DNA from: Chloroflexota bacterium
GTDB taxonomy: Bacteria; Chloroflexota; Anaerolineae; Anaerolineales; Villigracilaceae
Reading direction: 5' to 3'
DNA length: 64,000 nucleotides
NCBI GenBank assembly: GCA_021824575.1
Contig: JAKAKJ010000082.1
Coordinates: 50,211-114,210 of the forward strand
Shown here: piece by piece, positions 7,370 to 17,531 of the stretch
Layout: the number at the start of each line of letters is the position of its first letter
How positions within the stretch are numbered: the first letter of the stretch is position 1
Position numbers and translations under genes: made by a program
The notes under the pieces: generated by a model
Told to the model about the DNA's origin: nothing
Seen by the model: only the letters and a program-made list of their open reading frames with translations
The model's database searches: none

Positions 7370-10300
7370 TTAGCGCCCGCTGTTACCGGAAGATGTATCG
7401 GCTTCAACTTTGACAAGAACCGCGCCAACTTCCACGCGATGAGCGTAGGTGTTTGTGCTGGCATTGTAATCCTTGCAGGTGATGAGCGTCAGCCACGGCT
7501 GGTTTTCGTGCTTGAACGCCGACATGTCAGTTGGAGAAATAACTTTGTTTTCGCGCACTTCGTAGATGTAACGCTGGCCCTGGAAGTGGATGATGATCTG
7601 GTCACCCCATTTGAGGGTGTGCAGATTGACGAATGGACCGGGTAATCCATTGGCGCCGTATACATGACCGGTCAGCACGCTATTGCCGGACCAGGTTGGG
7701 AAGGCGGTTCCGTCCAGATAACCGACCTGATTCGCCAGCCAGGTCACATCCCAGCTATCGCCGGATTGAGGCACACCAACGATGGAAGTCTTGACGCCCA
7801 ACGCCGGTATTTCGATGGTAAGGTCGGAACTTGTATCGTAGATGTTCGCTGGTTCGGGCGCAATGGATGTGACAACGCCGGGCGCAAAGCCGGTGTGCGG
7901 CAGGAGGCTCCAATAAGCGCCTCCGCCATTCCCATGAGGGGCGGATGGAATTGTCAATTCCACCGATGCCAAATCGTTGAAGGTCGGTTCGTTGAGTGAA
8001 CTGGTTGTGATGGACGCGTTGTTGACGCCTCCCGGCGGCCGGCCAAGGCTGTTGACTTTCGTCAAAACGGTCACAGTATAAAAATCGGTTGGAGTAACTG
8101 TCCCAAAATTGATCGTGAATGTGTTGCCAGAAATGACGACCGGGAAATTTTTATTCGGCGAAACATTGATGCTGACAATGTCAAGAAATGCAGGCTTGGT
8201 ATCGGTCAGGACAACATCCAATGCGTCCGCATTGCCGTTGTTTCCAACCGTGATTGTGTAAATCACGGTATCGCCAACATGAGCCGTACCTGGATCGCCG
8301 TATTTGGTCACAGCCGGATCAACGATCGTGGCGCTGGTCTCCCGGTCACCGTAATCCACCACGGCATCGGTTCCACAACCCATCACGACACTCACATGAT
8401 CGAGCGTGGTGCTGACATAGCCGCTCAGATTGGTCTCCATAACGGTGTATATGCCCGGTGACAAATTACTGAAGCTATAACTGCCAGTACTGGTTGTGGT
8501 AGTAGTGGCAATGATATTGTTATTTTGGTCGTAAAGTGTGATCGTTACATTGGGTATGACAAGCTCACCACTATCCAGAGCGCCATTGTCATTGGCATCG
8601 TTGAACACCACGCCGTGGATACTGTTGCTGCCACATCCGCCGATCAGATGATCCGCATCGGCAGCACTGTTATTGTTCGGATTGGCATCCGAAACATTCG
8701 AGGGTGCGGTCACGGTAACGGTATTGACCACATCACTGGTTGCGGCGGAGGAAACAGTTGCAGTGAGTGTGTAAGTGACCTTTTTCCCGGCTGGTATATT
8801 GACACCAGCATCGTTGAGATTGCCTGACCCGCTGGCGGTACACGCTGCGCCCGTATCCGGTGAGCAAGTCCAGGTTGCATGGATGAGTGAGGCTGGCAGG
8901 CTGTCAATCACAGTCGCGCCTGTCGCATCGCTTGGTCCGGCATTGCTGGCAACGATGGTGTAGATCACGGTTTGGCCAAGCCCCACCGCTGAATTTCCGT
9001 CGGTTTTCGTAATGCTCAAATCAGAAACATAAACCGGCGTGTCAGTATCCGTTGCGGAATTATTATCCGGTGTTGGGTCTGTAAAGCCGTTCAAACTTGC
9101 GCTGGCAGTGTTGGACAAATTGCCGGTCGCGCTGGAAGCCACTATGGCGTTGAGCGTGTACGTCACATGCCCGCCCACCGGAATGCTGACAGTATCGTTG
9201 ATATTATTTGTCCCGCTTGAGCCGCAAGTGGCGGTGCCGCTGCCAATGCAAGACCAGGTTACGTTGGTCAACTCGGCTGGCGGGTTATCGGTCACGGTTC
9301 CCGGCGCTGTGATGTTGCCATCGTTGTAGACCGTGATCGTGTATGTGATGGCAGTGCCCGGCGTGTATGTTGTTGATCCGTCATCTTTCGCCACGCGCAG
9401 ATCAGGGCTATTGACTGTGATTGGCGCTGACGCTGACGCGGCATAATCATTCAACGCGCCGCCTGCGCCGTCCGCGCCGGTTCTTTCCCCGGATACCGAG
9501 CCGGGTTGCGATGTCCAAGTTTCCAACACACTGTTGGTTGATGTGCTGCCAATCGCGCCGCTGACGGTGACATCGTATGTGACCGTCACATCACATCCAA
9601 GCGGAATGGTTCCGATGGTCAGGTCAAGTTGGGTTGACGTTGATGCCGAGGCATCAACACCCGTAGCGCATCCGTTTGGATTGCTGCTGGTTACATTTAC
9701 ATTCGTCAGGCCGGTCAATCCCAATGGCATGGCATCGGTAATGTGAGTATCGTACGCAGGAGCATTGCTTGCGCCGCTGTGCGACACCGTCAAGGTATAG
9801 GTGAGCGTCGAGTTGTACGACGGTGTTGCTGAATTGACAGCTTTGCTGATAGTCAGATCTGGTTCGATGACCGTGACCGCAGGCGCGGACGAATTCAATG
9901 TCAGCGTGCCAGCCGCGTTTGGATTTGTATATGTAAAGCTGGTGGGATTCGTAAATGATGTCCCGGATTGATTTCCTATAACATTCGCAACTTGTGCCTG
10001 GAAAGTTACCGTGATGATTCGGTCTGTTGCCAATGATGCGGGCGATGTGGTGATCGAGCCAAATGTCAACGTTATGATTTGACCGTTCAAATTGAAGAAC
10101 GAAGCGTTGGCGTCTGTGTATGGTGCGGCGGTGCCAATGCTCATCCCCGATGGAACATTCACCGACAAACTGCCCGGAACATAATTCAAGCCGTTTGGCA
10201 AAACGTCAACCAGGTCTGCTGTTGGATTGCCCGTTACGCCTTTGGGAGCAAAGATTTGGATGCGATAAGGAATCGTCGCACCAATGGCGTATGTTGTCCC

Positions 10301-13300
10301 TGTCGGATCGATATCCTTTAAAAGTGACGGTGTGCCAAGTGTTGTAGTGACGGTATTGCTTGATGCAACGTAATCGTTCGTCCCAGTCGGACCATCTGAG
10401 CCATTACGTTCGCCGTTCGTTGCGCCTGAAGCGCCGGGAGTGGTCGAGCCGGTGTTATTCCCGCCGCTGCCGTTCGGTGTGCCCGTGCCCGGAAGACTTG
10501 TGTACGTCAGGCCTGCCGCGTTCGAGAAGGTTTTGCCTGTCGGCGCAGTGCTGCTTACCACAGCAGAAATATCAATGGTTGCCGTCCCGCCCGCTGCAAG
10601 ACAAGTCAACGTGGCGACTGCTGTCGGCGCGGCATAAGAACCGCTCACTGTCGGAGTTGTGGAACCGCATGAGCCTCCGGTTGCCGAACCGCTGACAGTG
10701 ACCGGCCCTGTCAATGTGGAATCCAAAACATCGGTCAGATTGATATCGAAGGCCGGGGCAGATCCATTGTTTGTGAATTGGAATTGATATGTGATCGGGT
10801 CGCCCGCATTGGTGGGAATGACAGCTACAGATTTTGTGATACTCGCTATGGATGGCTCTACAACGGTCACTCGATTGCTGTTGCTTTGCGATGATGTCAC
10901 GAGACTGGCACCACTGACATATACGCTGAATGAATTGTTACGCGTGCCGCCACTTGAGTTTGTGCTGACGTTATCTACCAGCGCGTTGAATTCGATGACG
11001 ACGTATTCGGCGTCCGCATCGTTGTCATTGTTCGTGATCGTGCCGAGACTAAAGAGCGGATCGTTGCCATCCGGGAAAGGATTTGTGCCGATGCCTGGCC
11101 CATTGTTCGTGATGTCGGTGGATGGCAAAACAAAGGTCGGTGTGACGTTTGCAGAGTTGCCGGAAATTACAGGACTGGAACCAATGCCCGGGTCGGAGGA
11201 AGATGCGCAGTTTGCTCCGCTGTTGCAAACAAAAGCCACTTTGGTTGTGCCGTCATTGAGATAGCGCATCCCGGTGACGAGGTTATCCAACACCGCGACG
11301 CTGTTGGTTGTGCCTTCAGGAAGATTCATCACGAGATGATAGTGGACGATTTCACCAATCAGTACCGGACGCGGCGAGGCGACCTCGGAAGTCGAGTCTT
11401 CCGAGGTGCCAACGATGGTTTTGGTTGCGCTGATGACGCCCAGCTTGGCCGAGGCAGTGTTACCGGTGCCGCCCTCAGTCGAGGTGACCGCGCCGCTGGT
11501 ATTAACAATCGTTCCACTTGTTGAAGTGGTCACGTTTATCGTGACTGTGCATGAGCCGTTGGATGCAATAGAACCGCCCGCCAAAGTGATCGAATTGGCG
11601 GTACTGCTGACGGTGCCTCCGCATTGCGGCGTTGCCGGTGTTGCGGAGCGGGTCATTCCAGTTGGGAAGGTATCGGTGAAACCAATGCCGTTCAACGTTG
11701 TGCCGCTGTTCGGATTGGTCAGTGTAAATGTCAGCGTCGTGGTGCCGCCCGGAGCAATCGGATTCGGCGAGAAGGATTTGCTGATGATCGGCGGTGCGAT
11801 CACTGTCACACTGGCCGAAGCCGTGTTGCCTGTTCCGCCGTTTGCCGATGCAACATTGCCTGTCGTGTTGTTCTTGAGTCCGGCAGTTGCGCCGGTCACG
11901 GTTACATTGATCATGCAATTAGCGCCCGGGTTGAGCGAGCCTGCGCTCAATGTGATAATGCCTGTTGCAGCAGTTGTTGTCAGCGTCCCGCCGTTACATT
12001 GCGTCGAAGTAGAATCGGCGACGGTCAAACCGGCCGGTAAGGTATCGCTGAACGCAATACCGGATAACGAAACTGTATTTGCAGCCGGGTTCGTAATCGT
12101 GAAAGATAATGTGGTCGTGCTGCCCTGTGCTATCGAAGTCGGTGAGAACGATTTGCTGATCGTAGGCGGCGCAACTGCTAGCAGACTGGCAGAGGAAAAA
12201 TTGCCGCTGCCGCCTTCTGTGGATGTTACATTGCCTGTAACGTTGTTCAGCGTTCCGGCGGTCGTGGCTGTGACATCAACTGTCACGGTGCAGGTTCCGC
12301 CTGCGGCAATCGAACCGCCGCTGAACGAAAGGCTCGCATCAGCCGCGGACGGTGAGAATATCGGCGTGCTGGATGCGTTACAACCACTGACAATCGCATT
12401 CGGTGCGCCTGCCACTTGCATTCCTGATGGAAGTGCATCGGTGAATCCAACGCCGGTCAAAACTGCCCCCGCGTTTGGATTCGTGATTGCAAATGTGATC
12501 GTGCTTGTACCGCCGACCAAAATGGAATTCGGCGAGAAGGATTTGCTGATGGTCGGCGGCGCGATGACCGTCAGGCTGGCCGATGCGGTGTTGCCATTTC
12601 CGCCGTTTGATGAGGTTACCGTTCCAGTGGTGTTGTTCTTAACGCCGCTGGTTGTGCCGGTCACATCAACCGTTACAATGCAATAGTTGTTGATGTTGCT
12701 TGAATCGTTTATAACCGTCCCGTTTGTCAGTGTAATGGAATTGGCTGTAGAGCTTACTGTGCCGCCGCATTGCGCTGAATCCGGCGTGTTTGCCACGACA
12801 ACGCCAGCCGGAAATGTGTCGGTAAACCCAACGCCAGTCAATGGGACCGCGTTGGTGGAGGGATTCGTGATCGTGAACGTCAGCGTTGAGATCGCTCCGA
12901 CTTGAATCGTGCTGGGCGAAAATGCTTTGCTGATTACCGGCCCGATGATTTGATAGACCGTGACACTGCTTGTGTTCGATGTGACGGTGTTGCTGCCGGA
13001 GTCCTGTGCCGCTGCCGTTGCGATGTTCGTTACGTATCCGGTTGTCGCATCTCCGGTCGTTACAGCATACGTTTTGGATGAGCAAATCAAGTTCGCGCCG
13101 GGCGTGAGGCTCGAAGGAGGAGTTGTAACGCAGTTAAATGGCGTTCCAAGAGGTGAACCGATATGATCGTCAGTAACAGTGAACGGCGGATATAAAGTTA
13201 CATTGCCTGTATTGGTGATGGTGTAGTTGTAGGTAATTGTATTTCCCGCGCTTCGATAACCAGCAGTGGTTGTGCTTTTCTTAAGTGTCAAAGCTTCAAG

Positions 13301-16300
13301 GTTAACGGTCACACTGCTTTGATTTGAATCTACAGGCGTTGCCCCGGATAGCGCGTGAGCTGTCGCTGTATTGGTTACGGACTTCGCCGTTACATCGGTG
13401 GCCTGAACTGTGTAAGTCGCTGTGCAAGTCACGCTCTGCCCTGCATTTAAACTGGTTGTTCCCAGCGGACAACTTACCGTGGCCTTGTCATCGGTCACCG
13501 TAAATTCTCCGCTTGCGCCATTTCCATTTAGCGTTGTGTTACCTGTGTTTGTCAGCAGGTAACTGTAATTGATCGAGTCGCCAGACTTTTGATAGCCAAC
13601 AGTGCTCGTGGATTTTGCTAACGATAATCCAGGGCCGTTTACCGTCAACGTATCACTGGCAGTGTTGCCGGTCCCGCCGTTTGTCGAATTTGCTGCTCCG
13701 GACGTATTAGCGTACGTGCCGCCATTTGCCGTTACGTTGACTGTAACAGTACAGGAATCGTTCGCGCTAATGGAGCCGCCCGTCAAAGTGATTGAAGTAG
13801 ATGTGGAAGTTACCGTGCCGCCGCATTGAGGCGAAGTCGGCGCGGTCGCAACTGTCAAGCCAGTTGGGAAAGAATCAGTGAATCCAACCCCGGTCAATGC
13901 GACAGGGTTGACAACCGGATTGGTGATCGTGAACGTTAAGATTGGAGCGGGATCGCCCACATTTATTGATTTGGGTGAGAACGATTTGCTGATGGATGGC
14001 GGCGCAATTACATTCAGTGTCGCAGACGCAGTGTTGCCAGTGCCGCCGTTGGTCGAGGTCACAGCATCACTTGTGTTTGGATAACTTCCTGCGGGCGCAG
14101 TCACGCTGACGGTCACTGTGCAGGAACTATTTGGGTTGATTGTGCCGCCGGTCAGTGTGACCGAATTGCTGGCGCTGGTGACCGTGCCGCCGCATTGAGA
14201 TGTATTGGGAACGCTTGCCAGTGTCATGCCGGTTGGGAAAGTATCGGTAAAACCAACGCCGGTTAAAGCAACCGTATTCGCGGCCGGGTTTGTGATGGTA
14301 AACGTCAGCGCGGAGGTTCCTCCGGCCGGTATGGGATTCGGCGAAAACGCTTTCGCAATGCTTGGCGGCTGGGGAACGGGATTCACTGTGAGCGTATCGC
14401 AAGCTGCTTCTTGATTGGTTGCGTTTTGGTTATCTTTCAGCGTACCTTTGGGAATGCAGTTCTGATAGCTGCCCGGTGCGGGTGCGGTCACGCTGACAAC
14501 GATGTCACAGGTTGTGCTGTCCGCCAATGACCCGCCAGTCAATGTGATCGAATCGCTGGTGCTGGTTACCGTGCCTCCGCATTGCGATGAAGCGGGCGGG
14601 CTTGCAACCGTCAGACCGGAGGGTAAAGTATCAATCAGGCCGACGCCATCTATCGGAAAATTGCTGAGATTCTGAATCGTGATGGTTAACGTGGACGAGT
14701 TTCCGCTCCCCGCGAGAATCGGATTCGGACCGAAGACTTTGCTGAGGCTCGCGCCCGGCAGGTTGGTCAACGTCGCGGAAGCGTCCTGTGTATTTGTTGC
14801 GCCGTTTGCGGTTGTTACCGCGCCGGCACCAATCGTATTGATGAGATTGTTATCCACATTCATCGTTGTGCTGACGGTGAGGGTGCAGCTGGCATTGGCC
14901 GCCAGGCTTCCGCCGCTAAAAGAGAATGATGTGTTGCCGGGCGCTGCAGAAATGGTTCCGCCGCATGTTCCCACCGACGGATTCGGCGGATTGGCAATCA
15001 TCACACCACGACCAGCATCTGCGCCCGTGCCTTGCGGCAGGTTATCAGTGAACATGATGCCGGTCAGGGGTACATTATTTGGATTGATGAGTTGGATGCT
15101 CAACATGGAGGCTGAGCCACCATAAACGGTCAGTGGATCAAAAGCCTTGACCACCTGAATCGTAAGGGGAGCAATTTTGAGTGTGGCAGCTGCCGGAGAA
15201 GGCGGATGGATTACAGTTGTTGTGTTGTGGATCGTCCCTGAAACACTAGTTGTCGAAATGCCATTGTCATAAGTTCCGGCTGTTGTGCCGGTTACATCCA
15301 CATTGATTGTGCATGTGCCGGGCACGCTTCCAACCTGTGCTGGGATGATTCCATTGATCAACTGAATTGTCGAAGTTCCCCGATCAGCTGTCAGGTTTAG
15401 AGTCGGGTCCCCGTTACAGGTTGTTGACGCGTTGGGTGAGTCCGCGATGGTCACGCCGCTGGGCAGGTCATCTGTCAGCGAGACACTATCGAGTTGACTG
15501 GTATTTGTATTGTCGAGCGTGATCGTCAACGTGGAAATTCCGGTTGGGTTGATCTTCGGTGGATAAAAAGCTTTACTGATCGTAAGTCCGCTGACGGTCA
15601 AGTCGGTCGCTATGTTTCCCGAAAGGCTGCGGTTCTGATCATCCAAAATATTGGCGGGGGAAATCGTGTTGGTGTAAGCGCCCGGTGTATTGCTTGTCAC
15701 ATTGACTTTCAACGTACATGTCTTTCCTGCCGGGATCGTCCCTCCGGAATAAGTGAGAAGTGTATCCCCTGCGGCAGGAGAGAATGTTCCTCCAACACAG
15801 TTGGCATTTTGTGATGCGGACGGCAGATTGGCTACCTGCACCCCTGCGGGAAGCGCATCGGAAACGGCGAAATTCGTAAGCTGTGTGTCAGCAGGCGCAG
15901 TGAGATTCAACGTTAGCGTAGATATGCCGCCGACTGCAATTGTAGGCGGACTGAAGCTTTTGCTTCCCGTAACGCCCAGGCCCGTGGCATATACCGTGAT
16001 ATTTGCCGTCGCGGCAAGCACATTGGTAGCGCCCTGGGTCGTCGTCAATGCACCAGATGGAATCTTGTTGGTATAACTGGCAGGCGTTGACGATGTGACC
16101 GTCGCTGTGATTGTGCAAGTGCCCGGGGTTAGCACAGAGCCGGCAGGGATTGTTCCCCCGCTCAAGCTGACCGATGAAGATGTGCTGGTGACCGTGCCGC
16201 TGCCGCAGGTTGTGCTTGGCGCTGGCGATGCTGCCACTGTCAAACCTGCTGGCAATGTATCGGTAACCGTCGCACCTGTGTACGCGGAGCTGGTTGGATT

Positions 16301-17284
16301 TTTCAGAGTGATTGTCAGTGTGGCAGAACCGCCCTGCTGAAAATTGGAGGGTGAGAACGCTTTCGCAATTCCGATGGATTGAACGTTCAGCGAAGCGGAT
16401 GCCGCGCTGGCATTCGTCACACCCTGCTGGGTTTGAATGGCACCAGCCGGAATATTGTTTGTGTAGACTCCGGGAACTGTGGATGTCACTACAACGACCA
16501 GGCTGCACGAAGACGATTTTGCAATGCTGCCACCGCTCAAGCTGATGGAAGTGGAGGTGTAACTAACTGTCCCGCCATTGCATTGAGAAGGGGCTGGAGC
16601 AGATGCGACTGTCACATTGGCTGGTAAATTGTCCGTGATGGATACGTTCGTGAGGGAATAATTTGAGTCATTATTTCGCAGTGTGATCGTCAATGTGCTG
16701 ATCTGTCCCACCCACATGGTATTTGGAGCGAAACCTTTGTTCAAGGATGGCGGCTGCACTGCGTTGACGTTCAAGGTGGCACTGGCATCCGATGCGCTGG
16801 TGATATTGATCGTCCCACTTGGATCCGTCGCTTTCAGCGTTCCTGCCGGGATCGTGTTGATGTGGTTTCCGGTAACCGTCGAGGTGACGTCAACCGTGAC
16901 CGCGCAGGAGCCTTGCACGGTCCCAACCTGAGCCGGAACTGTCCCGCCGCTGACAGAAAGGACATTGCCGCTCGTTGTCACGGTGCCGCCGCAGGTGGTG
17001 GTCACATTGAGCGGGTTGGCAAAACCTACACCCGCTGGCAAAGTGTCTGTCCATGCGGCTGGAGAGGACGAGAGAATAAGAGGAAATGTATTCGGGTTAT
17101 AGATGGATACGCTGAGAGTGGACGTTCCCCCAGCCGGAATGGCAATGGGATTGAATTTCTTGTTCATATCCACTTGAAAATACGGCCCCTGCGCGTGGAC
17201 AGTATTGATTTGCCCAACCGAAATACCAATGACCAACGTAATAACAGCGATCAAACCCGCGCGATAAGAGATGTGACTTCTCAC
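7370..17284 (-). CDS. Giant secreted surface protein (~3,304 aa): signal peptide, >20 tandem DUF11-like modules, SdrD/Cna-B-like domain, LPHTG motif and C-terminal sortase (C60) domain
   Basis: Single uninterrupted ORF. The best start is GTG 17284, 6 nt after GGAGGG; the ORF-track start is TTG 17311. Signal peptide RSHISYRAGLIAVITLVIGISVGQINTVHA-Q. Repeated K(A/S)FSP..GG.STLTFTITNP..TGVGFTD.P.G..C.G....C.V.V modules. IHGVVFNDANDNG...GSYSFSNLSPGIYTV at ~8390-8625. LPHTG at 7889-7903. Sortase His (LTGH, 7664-7666), Cys (LTLITC, 7475-7477) and Arg (AHRVEV, 7436-7438). Confidence 0.9.
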   Translation of the reverse strand: MRSHISYRAGLIAVITLVIGISVGQINTVHAQGPYFQVDMNKKFNPIAIPAGGTSTLSVSIYNPNTFPLILSSSPAAWTDTLPAGVGFANPLNVTTTCGGTVTTSGNVLSVSGGTVPAQVGTVQGSCAVTVDVTSTVTGNHINTIPAGTLKATDPSGTINITSASDASATLNVNAVQPPSLNKGFAPNTMWVGQISTLTITLRNNDSNYSLTNVSITDNLPANVTVASAPAPSQCNGGTVSYTSTSISLSGGSIAKSSSCSLVVVVTSTVPGVYTNNIPAGAIQTQQGVTNASAASASLNVQSIGIAKAFSPSNFQQGGSATLTITLKNPTSSAYTGATVTDTLPAGLTVAASPAPSTTCGSGTVTSTSSSVSLSGGTIPAGSVLTPGTCTITATVTSSTPASYTNKIPSGALTTTQGATNVLAATANITVYATGLGVTGSKSFSPPTIAVGGISTLTLNLTAPADTQLTNFAVSDALPAGVQVANLPSASQNANCVGGTFSPAAGDTLLTYSGGTIPAGKTCTLKVNVTSNTPGAYTNTISPANILDDQNRSLSGNIATDLTVSGLTISKAFYPPKINPTGISTLTITLDNTNTSQLDSVSLTDDLPSGVTIADSPNASTTCNGDPTLNLTADRGTSTIQLINGIIPAQVGSVPGTCTINVDVTGTTAGTYDNGISTTSVSGTIHNTTTVIHPPSPAAATLKIAPLTIQVVKAFDPLTVYGGSASMLSIQLINPNNVPLTGIMFTDNLPQGTGADAGRGVMIANPPNPSVGTCGGTISAAPGNTSFSFSGGSLAANASCTLTVSTTMNVDNNLINTIGAGAVTTANGATNTQDASATLTNLPGASLSKVFGPNPILAGSGNSSTLTITIQNLSNFPIDGVGLIDTLPSGLTVASPPASSQCGGTVTSTSDSITLTGGSLADSTTCDIVVSVTAPAPGSYQNCIPKGTLKDNQNATNQEAACDTLTVNPVPQPPSIAKAFSPNPIPAGGTSALTFTITNPAANTVALTGVGFTDTFPTGMTLASVPNTSQCGGTVTSASNSVTLTGGTINPNSSCTVTVSVTAPAGSYPNTSDAVTSTNGGTGNTASATLNVIAPPSISKSFSPKSINVGDPAPILTFTITNPVVNPVALTGVGFTDSFPTGLTVATAPTSPQCGGTVTSTSTSITLTGGSISANDSCTVTVNVTANGGTYANTSGAANSTNGGTGNTASDTLTVNGPGLSLAKSTSTVGYQKSGDSINYSYLLTNTGNTTLNGNGASGEFTVTDDKATVSCPLGTTSLNAGQSVTCTATYTVQATDVTAKSVTNTATAHALSGATPVDSNQSSVTVNLEALTLKKSTTTAGYRSAGNTITYNYTITNTGNVTLYPPFTVTDDHIGSPLGTPFNCVTTPPSSLTPGANLICSSKTYAVTTGDATTGYVTNIATAAAQDSGSNTVTSNTSSVTVYQIIGPVISKAFSPSTIQVGAISTLTFTITNPSTNAVPLTGVGFTDTFPAGVVVANTPDSAQCGGTVSSTANSITLTNGTVINDSSNINNYCIVTVDVTGTTSGVKNNTTGTVTSSNGGNGNTASASLTVIAPPTISKSFSPNSILVGGTSTITFAITNPNAGAVLTGVGFTDALPSGMQVAGAPNAIVSGCNASSTPIFSPSAADASLSFSGGSIAAGGTCTVTVDVTATTAGTLNNVTGNVTSTEGGSGNFSSASLLAVAPPTISKSFSPTSIAQGSTTTLSFTITNPAANTVSLSGIAFSDTLPAGLTVADSTSTQCNGGTLTTTAATGIITLSAGSLNPGANCMINVTVTGATAGLKNNTTGNVASANGGTGNTASASVTVIAPPIISKSFSPNPIAPGGTTTLTFTLTNPNSGTTLNGIGFTDTFPTGMTRSATPATPQCGGTVSSTANSITLAGGSIASNGSCTVTINVTTSTSGTIVNTSGAVTSTEGGTGNTASAKLGVISATKTIVGTSEDSTSEVASPRPVLIGEIVHYHLVMNLPEGTTNSVAVLDNLVTGMRYLNDGTTKVAFVCNSGANCASSSDPGIGSSPVISGNSANVTPTFVLPSTDITNNGPGIGTNPFPDGNDPLFSLGTITNNDNDADAEYVVIEFNALVDNVSTNSSGGTRNNSFSVYVSGASLVTSSQSNSNRVTVVEPSIASITKSVAVIPTNAGDPITYQFQFTNNGSAPAFDINLTDVLDSTLTGPVTVSGSATGGSCGSTTPTVSGSYAAPTAVATLTCLAAGGTATIDISAVVSSTAPTGKTFSNAAGLTYTSLPGTGTPNGSGGNNTGSTTPGASGATNGERNGSDGPTGTNDYVASSNTVTTTLGTPSLLKDIDPTGTTYAIGATIPYRIQIFAPKGVTGNPTADLVDVLPNGLNYVPGSLSVNVPSGMSIGTAAPYTDANASFFNLNGQIITLTFGSITTSPASLATDRIITVTFQAQVANVIGNQSGTSFTNPTSFTYTNPNAAGTLTLNSSAPAVTVIEPDLTISKAVNSATPSYNSTLTYTLTVSHSGASNAPAYDTHITDAMPLGLTGLTNVNVTSSNPNGCATGVDASASTSTQLDLTIGTIPLGCDVTVTYDVTVSGAIGSTSTNSVLETWTSQPGSVSGERTGADGAGGALNDYAASASAPITVNSPDLRVAKDDGSTTYTPGTAITYTITVYNDGNITAPGTVTDNPPAELTNVTWSCIGSGTATCGSSGTNNINDTVSIPVGGHVTYTLNAIVASSATGNLSNTASASLNGFTDPTPDNNSATDTDTPVYVSDLSITKTDGNSAVGLGQTVIYTIVASNAGPSDATGATVIDSLPASLIHATWTCSPDTGAACTASGSGNLNDAGVNIPAGKKVTYTLTATVSSAATSDVVNTVTVTAPSNVSDANPNNNSAADADHLIGGCGSNSIHGVVFNDANDNGALDSGELVIPNVTITLYDQNNNIIATTTTTSTGSYSFSNLSPGIYTVMETNLSGYVSTTLDHVSVVMGCGTDAVVDYGDRETSATIVDPAVTKYGDPGTAHVGDTVIYTITVGNNGNADALDVVLTDTKPAFLDIVSINVSPNKNFPVVISGNTFTINFGTVTPTDFYTVTVLTKVNSLGRPPGGVNNASITTSSLNEPTFNDLASVELTIPSAPHGNGGGAYWSLLPHTGFAPGVVTSIAPEPANIYDTSSDLTIEIPALGVKTSIVGVPQSGDSWDVTWLANQVGYLDGTAFPTWSGNSVLTGHVYGANGLPGPFVNLHTLKWGDQIIIHFQGQRYIYEVRENKVISPTDMSAFKHENQPWLTLITCKDYNASTNTYAHRVEVGAVLVKVEADTSSGNSGR
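11410..17170 (-). repeat. Tandem coding repeats (~366-390 nt, 122-130 aa modules) inside the giant gene
   Basis: The recurrent DNA signature GG(C/T)GAGAA(G/C)GATTTGCTGAT occurs at 11766, 12141, 12531 and 13974, with diverged versions at 12915 and 14340. Spacings are 375, 390, 384 and 366 nt. Compared segments looked roughly 85% identical by eye. Confidence 0.8.
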
Positions 17285-17445
17285 TGGTGACCCTCCATAT
17301 CGATTCGACAAACAAGCCCGGAATCAAAAGATGATTTCAAACCACCACTCTCGCCAACAAACCAAAATGAAACAGGGCGATTATATTTCCATTGAGTTTT
17401 CTGAACAAGAAAATTACATATCAATTTTGTCGGTTGCCTTTTGCA

Positions 17446-17478
17446 AATCAAAATCTCCCGTCATTTTCCGGGAGACTT
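17446..17478 (-). terminator. Hairpin plus T-rich tract downstream of the DUF2277 gene
   Basis: TCTCCCG (17454-17460) pairs with CGGGAGA (17469-17475). On the minus strand it is followed by TTTTGATTT. Confidence 0.45.
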
Positions 17479-17531
17479 TGCGTAGACCGCTTTGTTTTCG
17501 CGGTGAGGATCAGATGATATTTTCCAGATGT

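Noticed and set aside
7346-17327. Many ORFs overlapping the giant gene on either strand or in off frames (e.g. 11406..12686 at 426 aa, 10791..11264, 14679..15125, 15888..16508)
   Set aside because: They are antisense or off-frame to a 9.9-kb ORF with clear domain content. Their V/P/A/L-rich translations are the mirror of the T/G/S/N codon bias, and none has recognisable motifs.
17285-17531. Possible c-di-GMP riboswitch in the giant-adhesin leader
   Set aside because: The minus-strand leader lacks the GEMM-type conserved segments.
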